Positions 40,779-50,933 of a stretch of 64,000 nucleotides of DNA are shown one piece after another. Under the pieces are notes generated by a model. The model was given only the letters and a program-made list of their open reading frames with translations, was not told the origin of the DNA and did not search any database. The translations under genes were made by a program, and so were the position numbers. The first letter of the stretch is position 1. Every line of letters starts with the position of its first letter. Source of the DNA: Myxococcota bacterium (GTDB lineage: Bacteria; Myxococcota_A; UBA9160; UBA4427); the NCBI GenBank assembly GCA_965250285.1, contig OZ252299.1, positions 5,888,001 to 5,952,000 on the forward strand. The letters are read 5' to 3'.

Positions 40779-41375
40779 ATGCAGCGGCTGATCTCGGCCG
40801 AGCAGGTGTGGCGTGAGATCGAGCGACGCTCGTTCGCGGTGCTCTCGTATGTCAGCCCCAGCGGTCGGGCGCGCTCGTCGGGCATCGTCTACGTCGCGGT
40901 CGATCACGTACTGTACGTCCGCGTCGCCGCAGAGTCGTGGAAGGCGAGGCACATTCGCCGCAACCCGCACGTCGCGCTGAACGTGACGATCCCGAAGCGG
41001 GTGCCATTGCTGCCCTTCGTCCAGATTCCCGACGCGACGATCGCATTCGGTGGCGAGGCGCGCGTATGGCGCATGGACGAGGTCGAAGCAGAGCTGCGCG
41101 ATCACGTACTCGCGCGAATGATCGATCACCCGAGCGACGAAGAGACCTGCCTGATCGAGATCCGACCCACGGGCCATTTCGCGACCTATGGCGTCGGCGT
41201 CTCGCTCTGGGCCATGCGGAACCCGCGCACCGCAAGGGCGCGGGTGCCGGTCGGGCCGAGCTCCCGCTGCCCGCCGACCGTCCTCGATCAACCGGGCTTC
41301 AGTGGCGCCGGGTCATTGCGCGCCTCAAGTCACCGTCGCGCCCGCAACCCTACAACGGCAGGTCGTACACCGTGA
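40779..41375 (+). CDS. Pyridoxamine 5'-phosphate oxidase family (flavin-binding) protein
   Basis: FAVLSYVSPSGRARSSG, SWKARHIRRNPHVAL. Confidence 0.8.
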   Translation: MQRLISAEQVWREIERRSFAVLSYVSPSGRARSSGIVYVAVDHVLYVRVAAESWKARHIRRNPHVALNVTIPKRVPLLPFVQIPDATIAFGGEARVWRMDEVEAELRDHVLARMIDHPSDEETCLIEIRPTGHFATYGVGVSLWAMRNPRTARARVPVGPSSRCPPTVLDQPGFSGAGSLRASSHRRARNPTTAGRTP

Positions 41376-42597
41376 TGCGGTTGTTGCCGTAGTCGGTGAC
41401 CCAGAGCCGGTCGTCGTAGAAGGCGCAGCCGGTCGGGGCGCTCAGCGTGCGAGCGCTGGCCGTGTCGTCGACCTCGCCGTCCTGGTCGTCGTCGTTCTCG
41501 GCGTCCATCGTGAACGTCGCCTGGCCGATCACGACGTCCGCGGGCTCGAAGTTCGAGCTCGGGAAGCCATCCCAGATGAGCACGCGATTGTTGCTCGTAT
41601 CGGGCACGCAGAAGTAGCGGCCGTCGAAGTCGGGGCCGCCGTAGTTCGAGCTGCCGAGCACACGCGCCGTGGGGGCATCGTCTTCGGTGCCGTCCTGGTC
41701 GTCGTCGTTCTCCTCGAAGTTCGTGAAGTTCGACTGGCCGATCACGAGGTCGGCGGGCTGAAAGCTCGACGTCGGAAACGTCGTCCAGATGAGGACGCGG
41801 CGGTTGTCGTTCTCGAGCACGGCCAGGCGCGTCCCGTCCGTCCAGACGCCGGCCGGGTAGCTCATGGTGCGGGCCGTGGGGCCAGCGTCGGCGCTCTCGT
41901 CTTGATCGTCGTCATTCTCGGTGCAGTGCACGAAGTCGGCCTGGCCAAGAACCAGGTTGGGGGGTGTCGAACTCGAGGTCGGGATCGTGTTCCAGATGAG
42001 CACGCGGTTGTTGCCGGCATCGGCGACGACGAGCTTGTCACCGCCCACCGCGACGGCCTCGGGGTGGTTCATGCCACCCGCGCTGCAGTCTTCGTCGCTC
42101 AGATCGAACCCGGCTTGGCCGAGAACGATGTCGGCCGCTTCCTGCGTCGTCGTGGGCGCCGGGTTCCAGATGAGTACGCGGTGGTTGCCGTAGTCGGCCA
42201 GGTAGAGGTTGGTGCCATCGGTGGCGCTGCCGCTCGGGTCGGTGATGCCGTTCGCAGCGTCGCTGTCGCCGTCGGTGTCGAAGGTCGCCTGGCCGAGCAC
42301 GAAGTCGGCCGCCTGGCCGTTGCTCGTCGGAAGCGACGTGAAACCCATCACGCGATCGTTCGAGTAGTCGGGCACGTAGAGTCGGTTGCCGACGACGGTC
42401 ACATTGCCGTAGGGCTCGTAGAGCGACGAGGCCGTCGTGTCGTAGTCGTTGTCTTCGAAGTTCGCCTGGAAGACGACGAGCGAGGCGTCGGGAAAGCTCC
42501 GAATGACCGTCTCGGATTCGTTGCAGCCGACGCTGCCGGTCGAGAGCAGGGCGAGGCCCGCAAGCGGGGCAAGCATGTGGCGGGTGGCGGTGCGCAA
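41350..42597 (-). CDS. NHL-repeat beta-propeller lipoprotein
   Basis: Lipobox SVGC; repeats [DE]xxN[NH]RVLIW...ADxVxGQxxF; TTG start after GGAGG (alternative ATG 42576). Confidence 0.85.
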   Translation of the reverse strand: MRTATRHMLAPLAGLALLSTGSVGCNESETVIRSFPDASLVVFQANFEDNDYDTTASSLYEPYGNVTVVGNRLYVPDYSNDRVMGFTSLPTSNGQAADFVLGQATFDTDGDSDAANGITDPSGSATDGTNLYLADYGNHRVLIWNPAPTTTQEAADIVLGQAGFDLSDEDCSAGGMNHPEAVAVGGDKLVVADAGNNRVLIWNTIPTSSSTPPNLVLGQADFVHCTENDDDQDESADAGPTARTMSYPAGVWTDGTRLAVLENDNRRVLIWTTFPTSSFQPADLVIGQSNFTNFEENDDDQDGTEDDAPTARVLGSSNYGGPDFDGRYFCVPDTSNNRVLIWDGFPSSNFEPADVVIGQATFTMDAENDDDQDGEVDDTASARTLSAPTGCAFYDDRLWVTDYGNNRITVYDLPL

Positions 42598-42816
42598 GGC
42601 GGGCTCCTCCGAGTCGACGTCGCGGCGCGGCAGGCACACTCGAGGGGCTCGCAGGGCGCACGCGGCGGCTCTTCCTTCATCGGCGAAAGGAGGCCGATTC
42701 GGGAGCAGATTCGGTGGGAATGGATGAGGCGAGGGTGGGCGCCGGAGCGCACACCGCCTGCCGCCGACCGAGCGGCACAAGGTGCGGCCGGACGTGTAGA
42801 ACTGAAGGGGGCGTGC

Positions 42817-42892
42817 TGGAGCCGACGCGCGGACTCGAACCGCGGACCTGCTCATTACGAGTGAGCTGCTCTACCAGCTGAGCTACGTCGGC
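42817..42892 (-). tRNA. tRNA-Thr(CGT)
   Basis: GCCGACGTAGCTCAGCTGGTAGAGCAGCTCACTCGTAATGAGCAGGTCCGCGGTTCGAGTCCGCGCGTCGGCTCCA; 76-nt cloverleaf, anticodon CGT, encoded CCA. Confidence 0.97.
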
Positions 42893-43309
42893 TCACCGCC
42901 AGGGCCGAGCGGAGCGCTCCAGGCCTCGGCGGGAGCCGGAGATTAGCCGCGGGCCCTCGCCCCCGCCATCGAATCAGGGGCGTCTCGAGGCCCTCGATTC
43001 GACCTCGGCGCCCACCGGCAACGGGCGCGCAGCCGGCCGCACACCGCCGCGAACCTGGACGCCGAGTGCCCGGTGCCCGGGCGCCCGGCTCGGCCTCGGG
43101 TTTCCACCCGAATTGACCTCGTCGGCGCTCGGAGCGTAGGATCGAGACTTGGACGCTCGCCCGCGTCCACCACGTCGAGCCCGGTATGCGGCACCGGGCT
43201 CGCACGACGCTCTCTACCTCACGATCGGCTCGTTCGATCGGCCGCATGCTGTTCGGCCGGCGCTCGCGTCTGCGTGGCCGACCGGGCAGCGCTCGCGGAG
43301 GCGCCACGC

Positions 43310-43660
43310 ATGCCGATTCTGCCCTTCATCGATCTGCTGATCCTGGCCGGTTGGACCTCGCTCTTTGGCGGGTTCATTCTGAAGCTGATCTCGATGACGA
43401 CCACCTACCGACCGACGCTCTTCGGCATCGGGCCGATCGATCTGCTGATCGTGGCCGGGGTCTTTCTGCTGCTCGCGCTCACGCTGTCGGCGCGCACCTG
43501 GGTCAAGGCACACGAGATCGACCGCGCGATGGCGCGGCGCAAGCGCAACGACGAGATCGATCAGCGCATCGCGCTGCTCGACAACGGCGGCGGTGCGATG
43601 CGCGAGAACGGCGCGCCGACGCCGATTCGGCCGGTCGACCGCGATCAGTATCCCGGCTGA
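43310..43660 (+). CDS. Small hypothetical membrane protein (2 TM)
   Basis: ATG after GGAGG; two hydrophobic segments; GC3-rich codons. Confidence 0.7.
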   Translation: MPILPFIDLLILAGWTSLFGGFILKLISMTTTYRPTLFGIGPIDLLIVAGVFLLLALTLSARTWVKAHEIDRAMARRKRNDEIDQRIALLDNGGGAMRENGAPTPIRPVDRDQYPG

Positions 43661-43853
43661 GGTCGGGCTCGACCGCGCTTTCGGGCGCCCAAACGAGGAC
43701 CGGCGCACAAAGTGCGCCGGTCGGGTCGAGCCAGGTCAGGAGAAACCTGGTGGTAAATGACGGCTCTGCTTGCGCGGGCCGGTGCCGCAAACCGGCCCGC
43801 GACTTGAGCGGCTCGAGGTGTCCTGCCGCCAGAACACCGAGCCCGCCGCAGAG

Positions 43854-43979
43854 TTAGAGGCCGGGCCGCTCGGCGTCGCGATCCCGCTGGATCAGCGTCA
43901 GCGCAGAGAGAGCCACCTCGCGATACAGGCTCGCACCGATCACGAATGCGTTGCGTGCCGTTCGAATGGCCTTCGACAT
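43854..43979 (-). CDS. 41-aa small hypothetical protein
   Basis: MSKAIRTARNAFVIGASLYREVALSALTLIQRDRDAERPGL*, preceded by GAGAGGAG; below the ORF-track cutoff. Confidence 0.45.
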   Translation of the reverse strand: MSKAIRTARNAFVIGASLYREVALSALTLIQRDRDAERPGL

Positions 43980-44226
43980 GCTCGTTGCTCCTCTCTTCTC
44001 CGGTCGCTTCGCCTTGCCGTGCCTCTGCCCCGCCGTGTGCTCCTCCGCCCCGACTGACTCGAGCGGGCCGCACGGTGGGGTCTGAAAGGAAGTGGGTCGA
44101 TGCCCTCGCTCCGTGGCATGAAATCATCAAGATGAGCCGAAATAGCCGCGGAAGGGCGATCAGGCGCACCCCAGCCGCCGAGGCGGTTCGCCGGCGTCCC
44201 GCGGGCTTCGTGATACCCTCCGGCCC

Positions 44227-45228
44227 GTGACCACCGCCACCTCGACACAGCGCACCGAAACCACCGAAAACAAAGGCGAATCGGCTGATTCGACGGCGCC
44301 CGATCGGCTGATCTGGCGCGACGGCGAGTGGGTGCCCTGGGCCGACGCCACGGTGCACGTGCTCTCGCACAGCCTGCAGCGCGGCTCGCTGATCTTCGAC
44401 TACATGTCCGTCCGCGAGACACCCCGGGGGTCAGCGATCTTTCGGCTCGATCTGCACGTCGAGCGCATGCTCACCAGCTGTGCGTTGATGGGCCTGCCGA
44501 TCACGATGGGGGCCGACGCGATCGCGGCCGCCATCGTCGAGACCGTGCGCCGCAACCCCGGCGCGCGGGCAGTCAAGGCGTGCGCCTACTTCGCGAGCGT
44601 CGAGGTCGACGTCGTGCCGCTCGACGATCGCGTGACGGTTGCGATCGCCGCGTACGATCCGCAGGCCGACATCATCGAGCGGCTCCCCGTCGCGCGACCG
44701 GCCGCCAAGGCGTCGGTCGGCCTCTGGATCGAGAAGAAAGTGCACAACCGGCGCGAAGACATCGTGCCGCCCCAGGCCAAGGTGAGCGCCAATTACGCGA
44801 GCACGATGACCGCGAAGGCGCTCGCGAAAGAGTCGGGCTACGACGAGATCATCCTGGTCGACGAAGACGGCCATCTCGCCGAAGGCCCCACGTCGAATCT
44901 CTTCGTGGTCGACGCCGCTGGCGCACTTCTGACGCCGCCCACGAAGAAGGTGTTGCTCGGCGTGACCCGCGCCTCGGTGCTCGAGCTCGCCCGGGCCGAA
45001 GGCCTCGACGTGCGCGAAGAGCCGATTCTGCCCGCTGCGCTCGAGACGGCGCGCGAAGTGTTCCTCACCGGCACGACCGCCGGTGTGCTGCCGGCACATG
45101 CGGTCGACGGCAAGCCCGTCGGCGACGCGTGCCCGGGCCCGGTGTCGGCCCGGCTCAAGGCCCGGCTCGCCGCGGTCGAGCGCGGCGCCGATGCCGAATT
45201 CGCCCACTGGCTCACGTTCGTTGATTGA
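44227..45228 (+). CDS. Class IV PLP aminotransferase (branched-chain amino acid aminotransferase-like)
   Basis: ATVHVLSHSL, AKVSANY, EGPTSNLF, LLGVTR, FLTGT. Confidence 0.9.
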   Translation: MTTATSTQRTETTENKGESADSTAPDRLIWRDGEWVPWADATVHVLSHSLQRGSLIFDYMSVRETPRGSAIFRLDLHVERMLTSCALMGLPITMGADAIAAAIVETVRRNPGARAVKACAYFASVEVDVVPLDDRVTVAIAAYDPQADIIERLPVARPAAKASVGLWIEKKVHNRREDIVPPQAKVSANYASTMTAKALAKESGYDEIILVDEDGHLAEGPTSNLFVVDAAGALLTPPTKKVLLGVTRASVLELARAEGLDVREEPILPAALETAREVFLTGTTAGVLPAHAVDGKPVGDACPGPVSARLKARLAAVERGADAEFAHWLTFVD

Positions 45229-45270
45229 ACCCGAGCGTCGCGGGCGCCCCGCGACCGCGGAGGACCGGCC

Positions 45271-45654
45271 ATGATCGGTTACACCACCCTCGGCACGAAC
45301 GACTGGAACGGCGCGCTCGCATTCTACGACGCGCTGCTGGCCGAGGTCGGCGCGGCGCGCCTCATGGATATCGAAGACTTCGTGCTCTACGGCACCACGC
45401 CCGAGCAGGCTTGCCTGGCCGTCGTGAACCCGTACGACAAGCAGGCGGCGAGCGTCGGCAACGGCGTCATGGTCGCGCTGCGCGCCGACTCGCACGACCA
45501 CGTGAAGGCGGTCTACGCCAAGGCGCTCGAGCTCGGCGGCGCCGACGAGGGCAAGCCGGGGGATCGGGGGGGCGGCTTCTATGCGGCCTACTTCCGCGAT
45601 CTCGACGGCAACAAGCTCGCCATCTTCACGTTCGATCCGCCGAGCGAAGGCTAG
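45271..45654 (+). CDS. VOC/glyoxalase family protein
   Basis: MIGYTTLGTND, GNGVMVA, FYAAYFRDLDGNKL. Confidence 0.92.
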   Translation: MIGYTTLGTNDWNGALAFYDALLAEVGAARLMDIEDFVLYGTTPEQACLAVVNPYDKQAASVGNGVMVALRADSHDHVKAVYAKALELGGADEGKPGDRGGGFYAAYFRDLDGNKLAIFTFDPPSEG

Positions 45655-45671
45655 GGGCGAGCCCGGGCGCG

Positions 45672-46733
45672 ATGTATACCCGACGCATCTATTCGCCGTG
45701 GCAGATGCTGCTGTGGACCCGCTACGACACGCTGCTCTTTCTGTTCGTCTCGTTCCTCAGCGTGCTCGTGTTTCACGTCTTCGATCTGCGCTGGGCCCAC
45801 CTGCCGTGGCTGCCGATCGCGCTGATCGGTACCGCCGTCGCGTTCATCCTCGGCTTTCAGAACAATGCGGCCTACGACCGGGCGTGGGAGGCGCGCAAGA
45901 TCTGGGGCGGCATCGTGAACGCGTCTCGCGGCCTCGGTACGACGCTGAACGACTTCGTGACCGACCGCCTCGCCACCGAGCCGATCACCGAAGACGAGCT
46001 CTTCGCGATCCGTCGCCGCATGGCGAAGCGCCACGTCGCGTGGATGACGGCCCTGCGCCACGGCCTGCGCGCCGATCGCCCTTGGGAGCAGTTCGGTCGC
46101 CAGCTCACGAACCGCGAGTGGGAAGATCGCATCGCCGCGCGTGAGCGAAGGATGACGCTCGAAGAGGACATCGCCGGTCAGCTGAGCGACGCCGAGTGGG
46201 CCGAGGTCTCGGGCAAGGCGAACGTGGCGACGCAGATCATCGGGCTGCAGTCGCACGAGCTCGCCGAGCTGCGACGCCGTAATCTGATCGACGACTGGCG
46301 GCACGTCGAGATGCAGCGGCAGCTGAACGAGCTGCTCGATCTGCAGGGTATGGCCGAGCGCATCAAGAACTTCCCGTATCCCCGGCAGTACGCGACGCTC
46401 AACTGGCTCTTCATGATGATCTTCGTGATGCTCGTGCCATTCGGCACGGTGCACGAGTTCTGGGCGCTCGGCGAAGAGGTGCGCGACGCCCACCCGCAGA
46501 TCGCCCCCTACCTGGTCTGGCTGAACGTGCCCTTCGGCGCCCTCGTCATGTGGATCTTCCACACGACCGAGCGGATCGGCCGGGTCACCGAGAACCCCTT
46601 CGAGGGCGGCGCGAACGACGTGCCGATCACCACGATGTCGCGCGCCATCGAGATCGACCTGCTCGAGCTGATCGGCGAAGCTCCCGAGGCGATCCCGGCC
46701 CCGATCGAGTCACACGGCGGCATCCAATCGTGA
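45672..46733 (+). CDS. Bestrophin family ion channel
   Basis: GFQNNAAYDRAWEARKIWGGIVN, ERIKNFPYPRQY, ENPFEG. Confidence 0.92.
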   Translation: MYTRRIYSPWQMLLWTRYDTLLFLFVSFLSVLVFHVFDLRWAHLPWLPIALIGTAVAFILGFQNNAAYDRAWEARKIWGGIVNASRGLGTTLNDFVTDRLATEPITEDELFAIRRRMAKRHVAWMTALRHGLRADRPWEQFGRQLTNREWEDRIAARERRMTLEEDIAGQLSDAEWAEVSGKANVATQIIGLQSHELAELRRRNLIDDWRHVEMQRQLNELLDLQGMAERIKNFPYPRQYATLNWLFMMIFVMLVPFGTVHEFWALGEEVRDAHPQIAPYLVWLNVPFGALVMWIFHTTERIGRVTENPFEGGANDVPITTMSRAIEIDLLELIGEAPEAIPAPIESHGGIQS

Positions 46734-46901
46734 GCCTCGGGCCGATCGAGACGCGTTGGGGGCATGCGATCGTGAGCCTCGGCGCCGAAGGCGTGCCATC
46801 CTGAGCCCCGCCCGGCGCCCTCGCGCCGCCGGCGCAACCCGCGAGCACCGCGCCCACGTGAAGCGCCCACGAAGAACGAGTCAGAAAGGCCCCGACGAAT
46901 C

Positions 46902-47882
46902 ATGCGCGTCCTGTCCGGCACCAAGCCCACCGGCGATCAGCTTCACCTCGGCAACTACTTCGGTGCCCTGCGCCAGTTCGTCGCCCTGCAGGAGAAGTAC
47001 GACGAGGCGCTCTACTTCATCGCCGACTACCACAGCATGACGAGCGTGCGCGACGGTGAGACGCGCCGCCGCAACACGCTGAACGTGACGCTCGACTACC
47101 TCGCGGTCGGCCTCGATCCGAACCGCGCGATCCTCTACCGCCAGAGCGACCTGCCCGAGGTGTGCGAGCTGACCTGGGTGCTCACCAGCATCACGCCGAT
47201 GGGGCTGCTGAACCGCGCCCACGCCTACAAGGCCGCGCTCGACAAGGGCGACGACGTCGACCACGGGCTCTTCAGCTATCCGGTGCTCATGGCCGCCGAC
47301 ATCCTGCTCTTTCGCGCCGACGTCGTACCGGTGGGGCAGGATCAGAAGCAGCACGTCGAGATCGCCCGTGACATGGCCCAGCGCTTCAACAATGCCTACG
47401 GCTGCGAGGCCCTGGTGCTGCCCGACGCGTACACGCCGAAGGAGACGGCCACCGTGCCCGGCACCGACGGCCAGAAGATGAGCAAGAGCTACGGCAACAC
47501 GATCTTCATGTTCGCCTCGAACAAGCAGCTCAAGAAGCAGGTGATGGGCATCGTCACCGACTCGACGCCCGTCGAAGACCCGAAAGATCCCGATACCACG
47601 GTCTTCAAGCTCTACGAGCTCTTCGCGAGCGACGACGAGCGCGCCGACATGCGCGCTCGGGCCACGGCCGGTGGCCTCGGCTACGGCGACGTGAAGAAGG
47701 AGATCCTCGCCAAGGTGCTCGATCACTTCGGCGAGATGCGCGAGCGCCGAGCCGAGTACGAGGCCCGGCCCGACGACGTCGAAGACATCCTGGCCGAGGG
47801 GGCGAAGCGCGCGCAGGCGATCGCCGAGCCCGTGCTCGACGACGTGCGGCAGGCCGCCGGGCTCGGCCCGCCGAAGCGCTGA
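46902..47882 (+). CDS. trpS: Tryptophan--tRNA ligase
   Basis: HLGNYFGA, YPVLMAADIL, VPVGQDQKQH, KMSKS. Confidence 0.97.
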   Translation: MRVLSGTKPTGDQLHLGNYFGALRQFVALQEKYDEALYFIADYHSMTSVRDGETRRRNTLNVTLDYLAVGLDPNRAILYRQSDLPEVCELTWVLTSITPMGLLNRAHAYKAALDKGDDVDHGLFSYPVLMAADILLFRADVVPVGQDQKQHVEIARDMAQRFNNAYGCEALVLPDAYTPKETATVPGTDGQKMSKSYGNTIFMFASNKQLKKQVMGIVTDSTPVEDPKDPDTTVFKLYELFASDDERADMRARATAGGLGYGDVKKEILAKVLDHFGEMRERRAEYEARPDDVEDILAEGAKRAQAIAEPVLDDVRQAAGLGPPKR

Positions 47883-48128
47883 GCCGCGCCCGCCCATGCG
47901 CAGCGTTCGGTGCGCCTTCGCGCCACGGGATGTCTCACGGCGCCGGACGATTCCGCTCCGACTTCAACCGAGCGTGCGTTGAGCGCCGCCAAACGATGGC
48001 GCCGAGGTGGCACGTGGCGCGCCATCACCGCGAAATCTCTCGCCAAACCCGAAGTGTGACGCCCGTCGCTCAACCGCCGGCCTCCATCGGCCGATGTCGG
48101 AAGGGTGGAATCGTATGGGAGTCCCTCC

Positions 48129-49403
48129 ATGAGCCCTGCTCGTGTCGCGCACCGATGCACCGTGGCGCTGGCCGCGTGTCTCGCGACCTTCACCCTCGCC
48201 GCCTGCAACCTGATCGACGCTTCGCCGGGCGACGAGCCGGGTGAAGAAGGCCAGCCCCCGCCTCAGGTCGTGTCGAAGGCCGAGTCGGGCGATGCCGCGG
48301 CACAGTACGAGCTGGGCGCGTGGTACCAGACCGACGAGACCGGCGACGCTGCGCGCAACCGCATGCAGGCGATCGAGTGGCATACCGAAGCGGCCGAGCA
48401 GGGCGAGATGCGGGCGCAGACCGCGCTCGGCGTGCTCTTTCTCGAGGGTGAGGGCAGCGAGCGCAACATGCTCGAGGCGAAGCGCTGGCTGACGCGGGCC
48501 GTCGAACAGGGCGAGCCGGCGGCGCACTTCCACCTGGGCGAGCTGTACGCGATCGGCGAAGACTTCGAGCCCGATCCCGTCGAGGCCGCGCGCTGGTGGA
48601 AGCAGGCCGCCGACCTCGGTGTGCCCGAGGCGCAGTACCGACTCGGCGAAGCCAGCGAGCAGGGTCTCGGGGTCGAGGTCGACGCCGACGAGGCCGTGCG
48701 GCTCTACCGCGCCGCCGCCGATCAGGCGATGACCGAGGCCCAGTACAAGCTCGGTGTGCTCTACGACGAGGGACGCATCGTGACCCGCGACGCCACCGAG
48801 GCGGTCACCTGGTATCGCATGGCCGCCGAAGCGGGCCATGCGCCCTCGCAGGCGCAGCTCGGCTTCATGTACGCGAGCGGCGACGGCGTGATGCAGCGCT
48901 ACGACGAGGCGGTGAAGTGGTCGACGATGGCCGCCGAAGCCGGCGATCCCGACGGCTGCAACAATCTCGCGGTGCTTCATCTGAAGGGCCTGGGCCTGCC
49001 CCAGAGCTTCTCCGAAGCCATCGTCTGGTATCGCAAGGCGGCCCAGCGCAACCACGCCGCCGCCCAGAACATGCTCGGCACGCTCTACCTGACGGGTGCG
49101 GGCGGCACGAGCAAGGATGCGAGCGAAGCCGAGCACTGGTGGCGCATGGCCGCCGACCAGGGCTACGCCGCGGCGCAGTACAACCTCGGTGGGATGTACT
49201 CGCGCGGGCTCTCCGATTCGCTCACGCGCGACGAAGCCATCGATTGGCTGGGTCGCGCCGCCGAGCAGGGTCATCGCCCCGCGCGCCGCGAGCTCGCGAA
49301 GCTGCGCGCCGAGATCACCGCCGAGTCGGTGCCGGCCGAGCCCGCAAGCGTCGAGCCCTCGAACGATCCGACCGAAGAAGAAGGCGACTCGATCGCCCTC
49401 TGA
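48129..49403 (+). CDS. Sel1-repeat lipoprotein
   Basis: Lipobox LAAC; about 9 AQYxLGxxY...WY..AAxQG repeats. Confidence 0.92.
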   Translation: MSPARVAHRCTVALAACLATFTLAACNLIDASPGDEPGEEGQPPPQVVSKAESGDAAAQYELGAWYQTDETGDAARNRMQAIEWHTEAAEQGEMRAQTALGVLFLEGEGSERNMLEAKRWLTRAVEQGEPAAHFHLGELYAIGEDFEPDPVEAARWWKQAADLGVPEAQYRLGEASEQGLGVEVDADEAVRLYRAAADQAMTEAQYKLGVLYDEGRIVTRDATEAVTWYRMAAEAGHAPSQAQLGFMYASGDGVMQRYDEAVKWSTMAAEAGDPDGCNNLAVLHLKGLGLPQSFSEAIVWYRKAAQRNHAAAQNMLGTLYLTGAGGTSKDASEAEHWWRMAADQGYAAAQYNLGGMYSRGLSDSLTRDEAIDWLGRAAEQGHRPARRELAKLRAEITAESVPAEPASVEPSNDPTEEEGDSIAL

Positions 49404-49448
49404 AGGCGCGCCTGCATCGCGGCGCCCTGGAGTCTCGCGGCCTGGTCG

Positions 49449-50720
49449 CTAGGCGAGGGCCTCGCTGATCGCTGCGGCCGTGCGTCGGCCCGACGCCATC
49501 GCCCCCTGAATCGACGCCACGTCGCGGTGGTCGCCGGCGACGAAGAGTCCGTCGTCGACGCGCGCCGGCCGCTCGCGCGCCGCATGCGGGCCGGGCGGTT
49601 GCGCCGGTAGAGCGCTTGCGACGCGCACCATGCGCAGCGTCCGCCAGCCGTCCACGCCATCGCCGAACCAGCTGCGCAGCTGCTCGCGTGCGCGCTTCTC
49701 GATCGCGTCGTCCGAGTCGTCGAGCGCGTCGGCGAGGATGCTGGCCGAGACAAGCGTGCGGCCCGCCGGCGCGTAGCCGGGGGCGACCTCGCTCGGCAGG
49801 CACAGATGATTGATCACGCCCTCGCCCGTGCCGTCGAGCACCAGGTGGTTCGAGACCGGCGGGGCGGTGGCGCTCGGGGCATCGAGATACAGGCAGCCGA
49901 CCTCGCGCATGTTCGGCACCGCGAGCGAGGGCAGGAGCCGCCCGGCCACGGCCGCGTCGGTGGCGATCACGACAGCTGCCCCCTCGATCCACTCGCCGCC
50001 GTCGATGCGCACGCCGTCGCTCTTCACCTCGACCACGGGCGTGCCGAGCTGCAGCGTGCCCGGGGCGAGGCGCGACGCGAGCTGCTCGGCGATCGCGCCC
50101 ATGCCGCCGGTTGGCAGGGTGGCGTGCCCGGTCGCGAAGTGTCGGATCAGAAAGCCGAGCGTGCGCTGCGAAGCACGCAGGTCGCGGTCGAGCAGGACAC
50201 CGCCGAGGAAGGGGCGCCAGAACTGCTCGATCATCTCGTGCGACAGTCCCCGCGCGCGCAGCGCCGCTTCGGTGTCGAGGTCGTCGGGCAGTGTCGTCCA
50301 GCCGCGGGCGCCGCGTCGCAGGGTGCCCGCGAGCCAACCGCCGAGGCGCGCGACGTCGCCCACGTTCGCAAGGCCCGATCGCAGCGTCGCCCAGGCGTCC
50401 TGCGGTCGGCGCAGCGGATCGGCCGCGCGCACGAGTCGCTGGCCGTTCCAGACCATCGCGCCGGGCACGAAGCGGCCGAGCTCGAGCGCCGACAGGTCGA
50501 GGGTCGAGCGGGCTTCGCTGTATGAATCGAGCAGCACCTGGAAGCCGCGGTCGAGGGCGAAGCCGTCGACCGGATCGGTGCGCACGCGTCCGCCGGGTCG
50601 GTCCCCCGCCTCGAGCACACGCACAGGCACGTCGCGTCGCTGCAGATGAATCGCCGTCGTCAGTCCGGCGAGTCCGGCGCCGACGACGAGCACGGGGAGA
50701 GGGGCGGGGGGTTGGGTCAT
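49449..50720 (-). CDS. FAD-dependent oxidoreductase (amine oxidase/phytoene desaturase superfamily)
   Basis: VGAGLAGL, GGRVRTD, DRGFQVLL, AGDH...SIQGAMASG. Confidence 0.9.
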   Translation of the reverse strand: MTQPPAPLPVLVVGAGLAGLTTAIHLQRRDVPVRVLEAGDRPGGRVRTDPVDGFALDRGFQVLLDSYSEARSTLDLSALELGRFVPGAMVWNGQRLVRAADPLRRPQDAWATLRSGLANVGDVARLGGWLAGTLRRGARGWTTLPDDLDTEAALRARGLSHEMIEQFWRPFLGGVLLDRDLRASQRTLGFLIRHFATGHATLPTGGMGAIAEQLASRLAPGTLQLGTPVVEVKSDGVRIDGGEWIEGAAVVIATDAAVAGRLLPSLAVPNMREVGCLYLDAPSATAPPVSNHLVLDGTGEGVINHLCLPSEVAPGYAPAGRTLVSASILADALDDSDDAIEKRAREQLRSWFGDGVDGWRTLRMVRVASALPAQPPGPHAARERPARVDDGLFVAGDHRDVASIQGAMASGRRTAAAISEALA

Positions 50721-50842
50721 CTCGGGCTCCGGTGCGCGGGCTCGGGCCGAGGGCGACGCAGCCTGTCGCCTCGAGCCGCCGGCGGCTTCCAAGGAACGAT
50801 CGGGAACGTAGCGGTTCGTCTTGAATTCGTACAGATAAAATA

Positions 50843-50876
50843 TTGACAAGAAACGAAAAACCCGGACAATATTGTC
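50843..50876 (+). promoter_or_regulatory. Sigma70-like promoter with overlapping palindrome
   Basis: TTGACA at 50843-50848; GACAATATTGTC perfect palindrome at 50865-50876. Confidence 0.5.
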
Positions 50877-50933
50877 TCTCCGTGCCCTGAACGCCCCCAC
50901 GGCTCATCCGAGCCGCGACGGTCAGGAGGTCCC

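Noticed and set aside
36860..42817. tRNA-Thr-anchored genomic island
   Set aside because: No integrase and no duplicated tRNA 3' end found by eye.
46727..46810. Mini CRISPR array
   Set aside because: Repeats are only 14 bp, irregularly spaced, with related spacers and no cas genes.
50821..50880. CarH/LitR 11-bp direct-repeat operator
   Set aside because: ACA motifs are spaced 15 and 20 bp, not 11.
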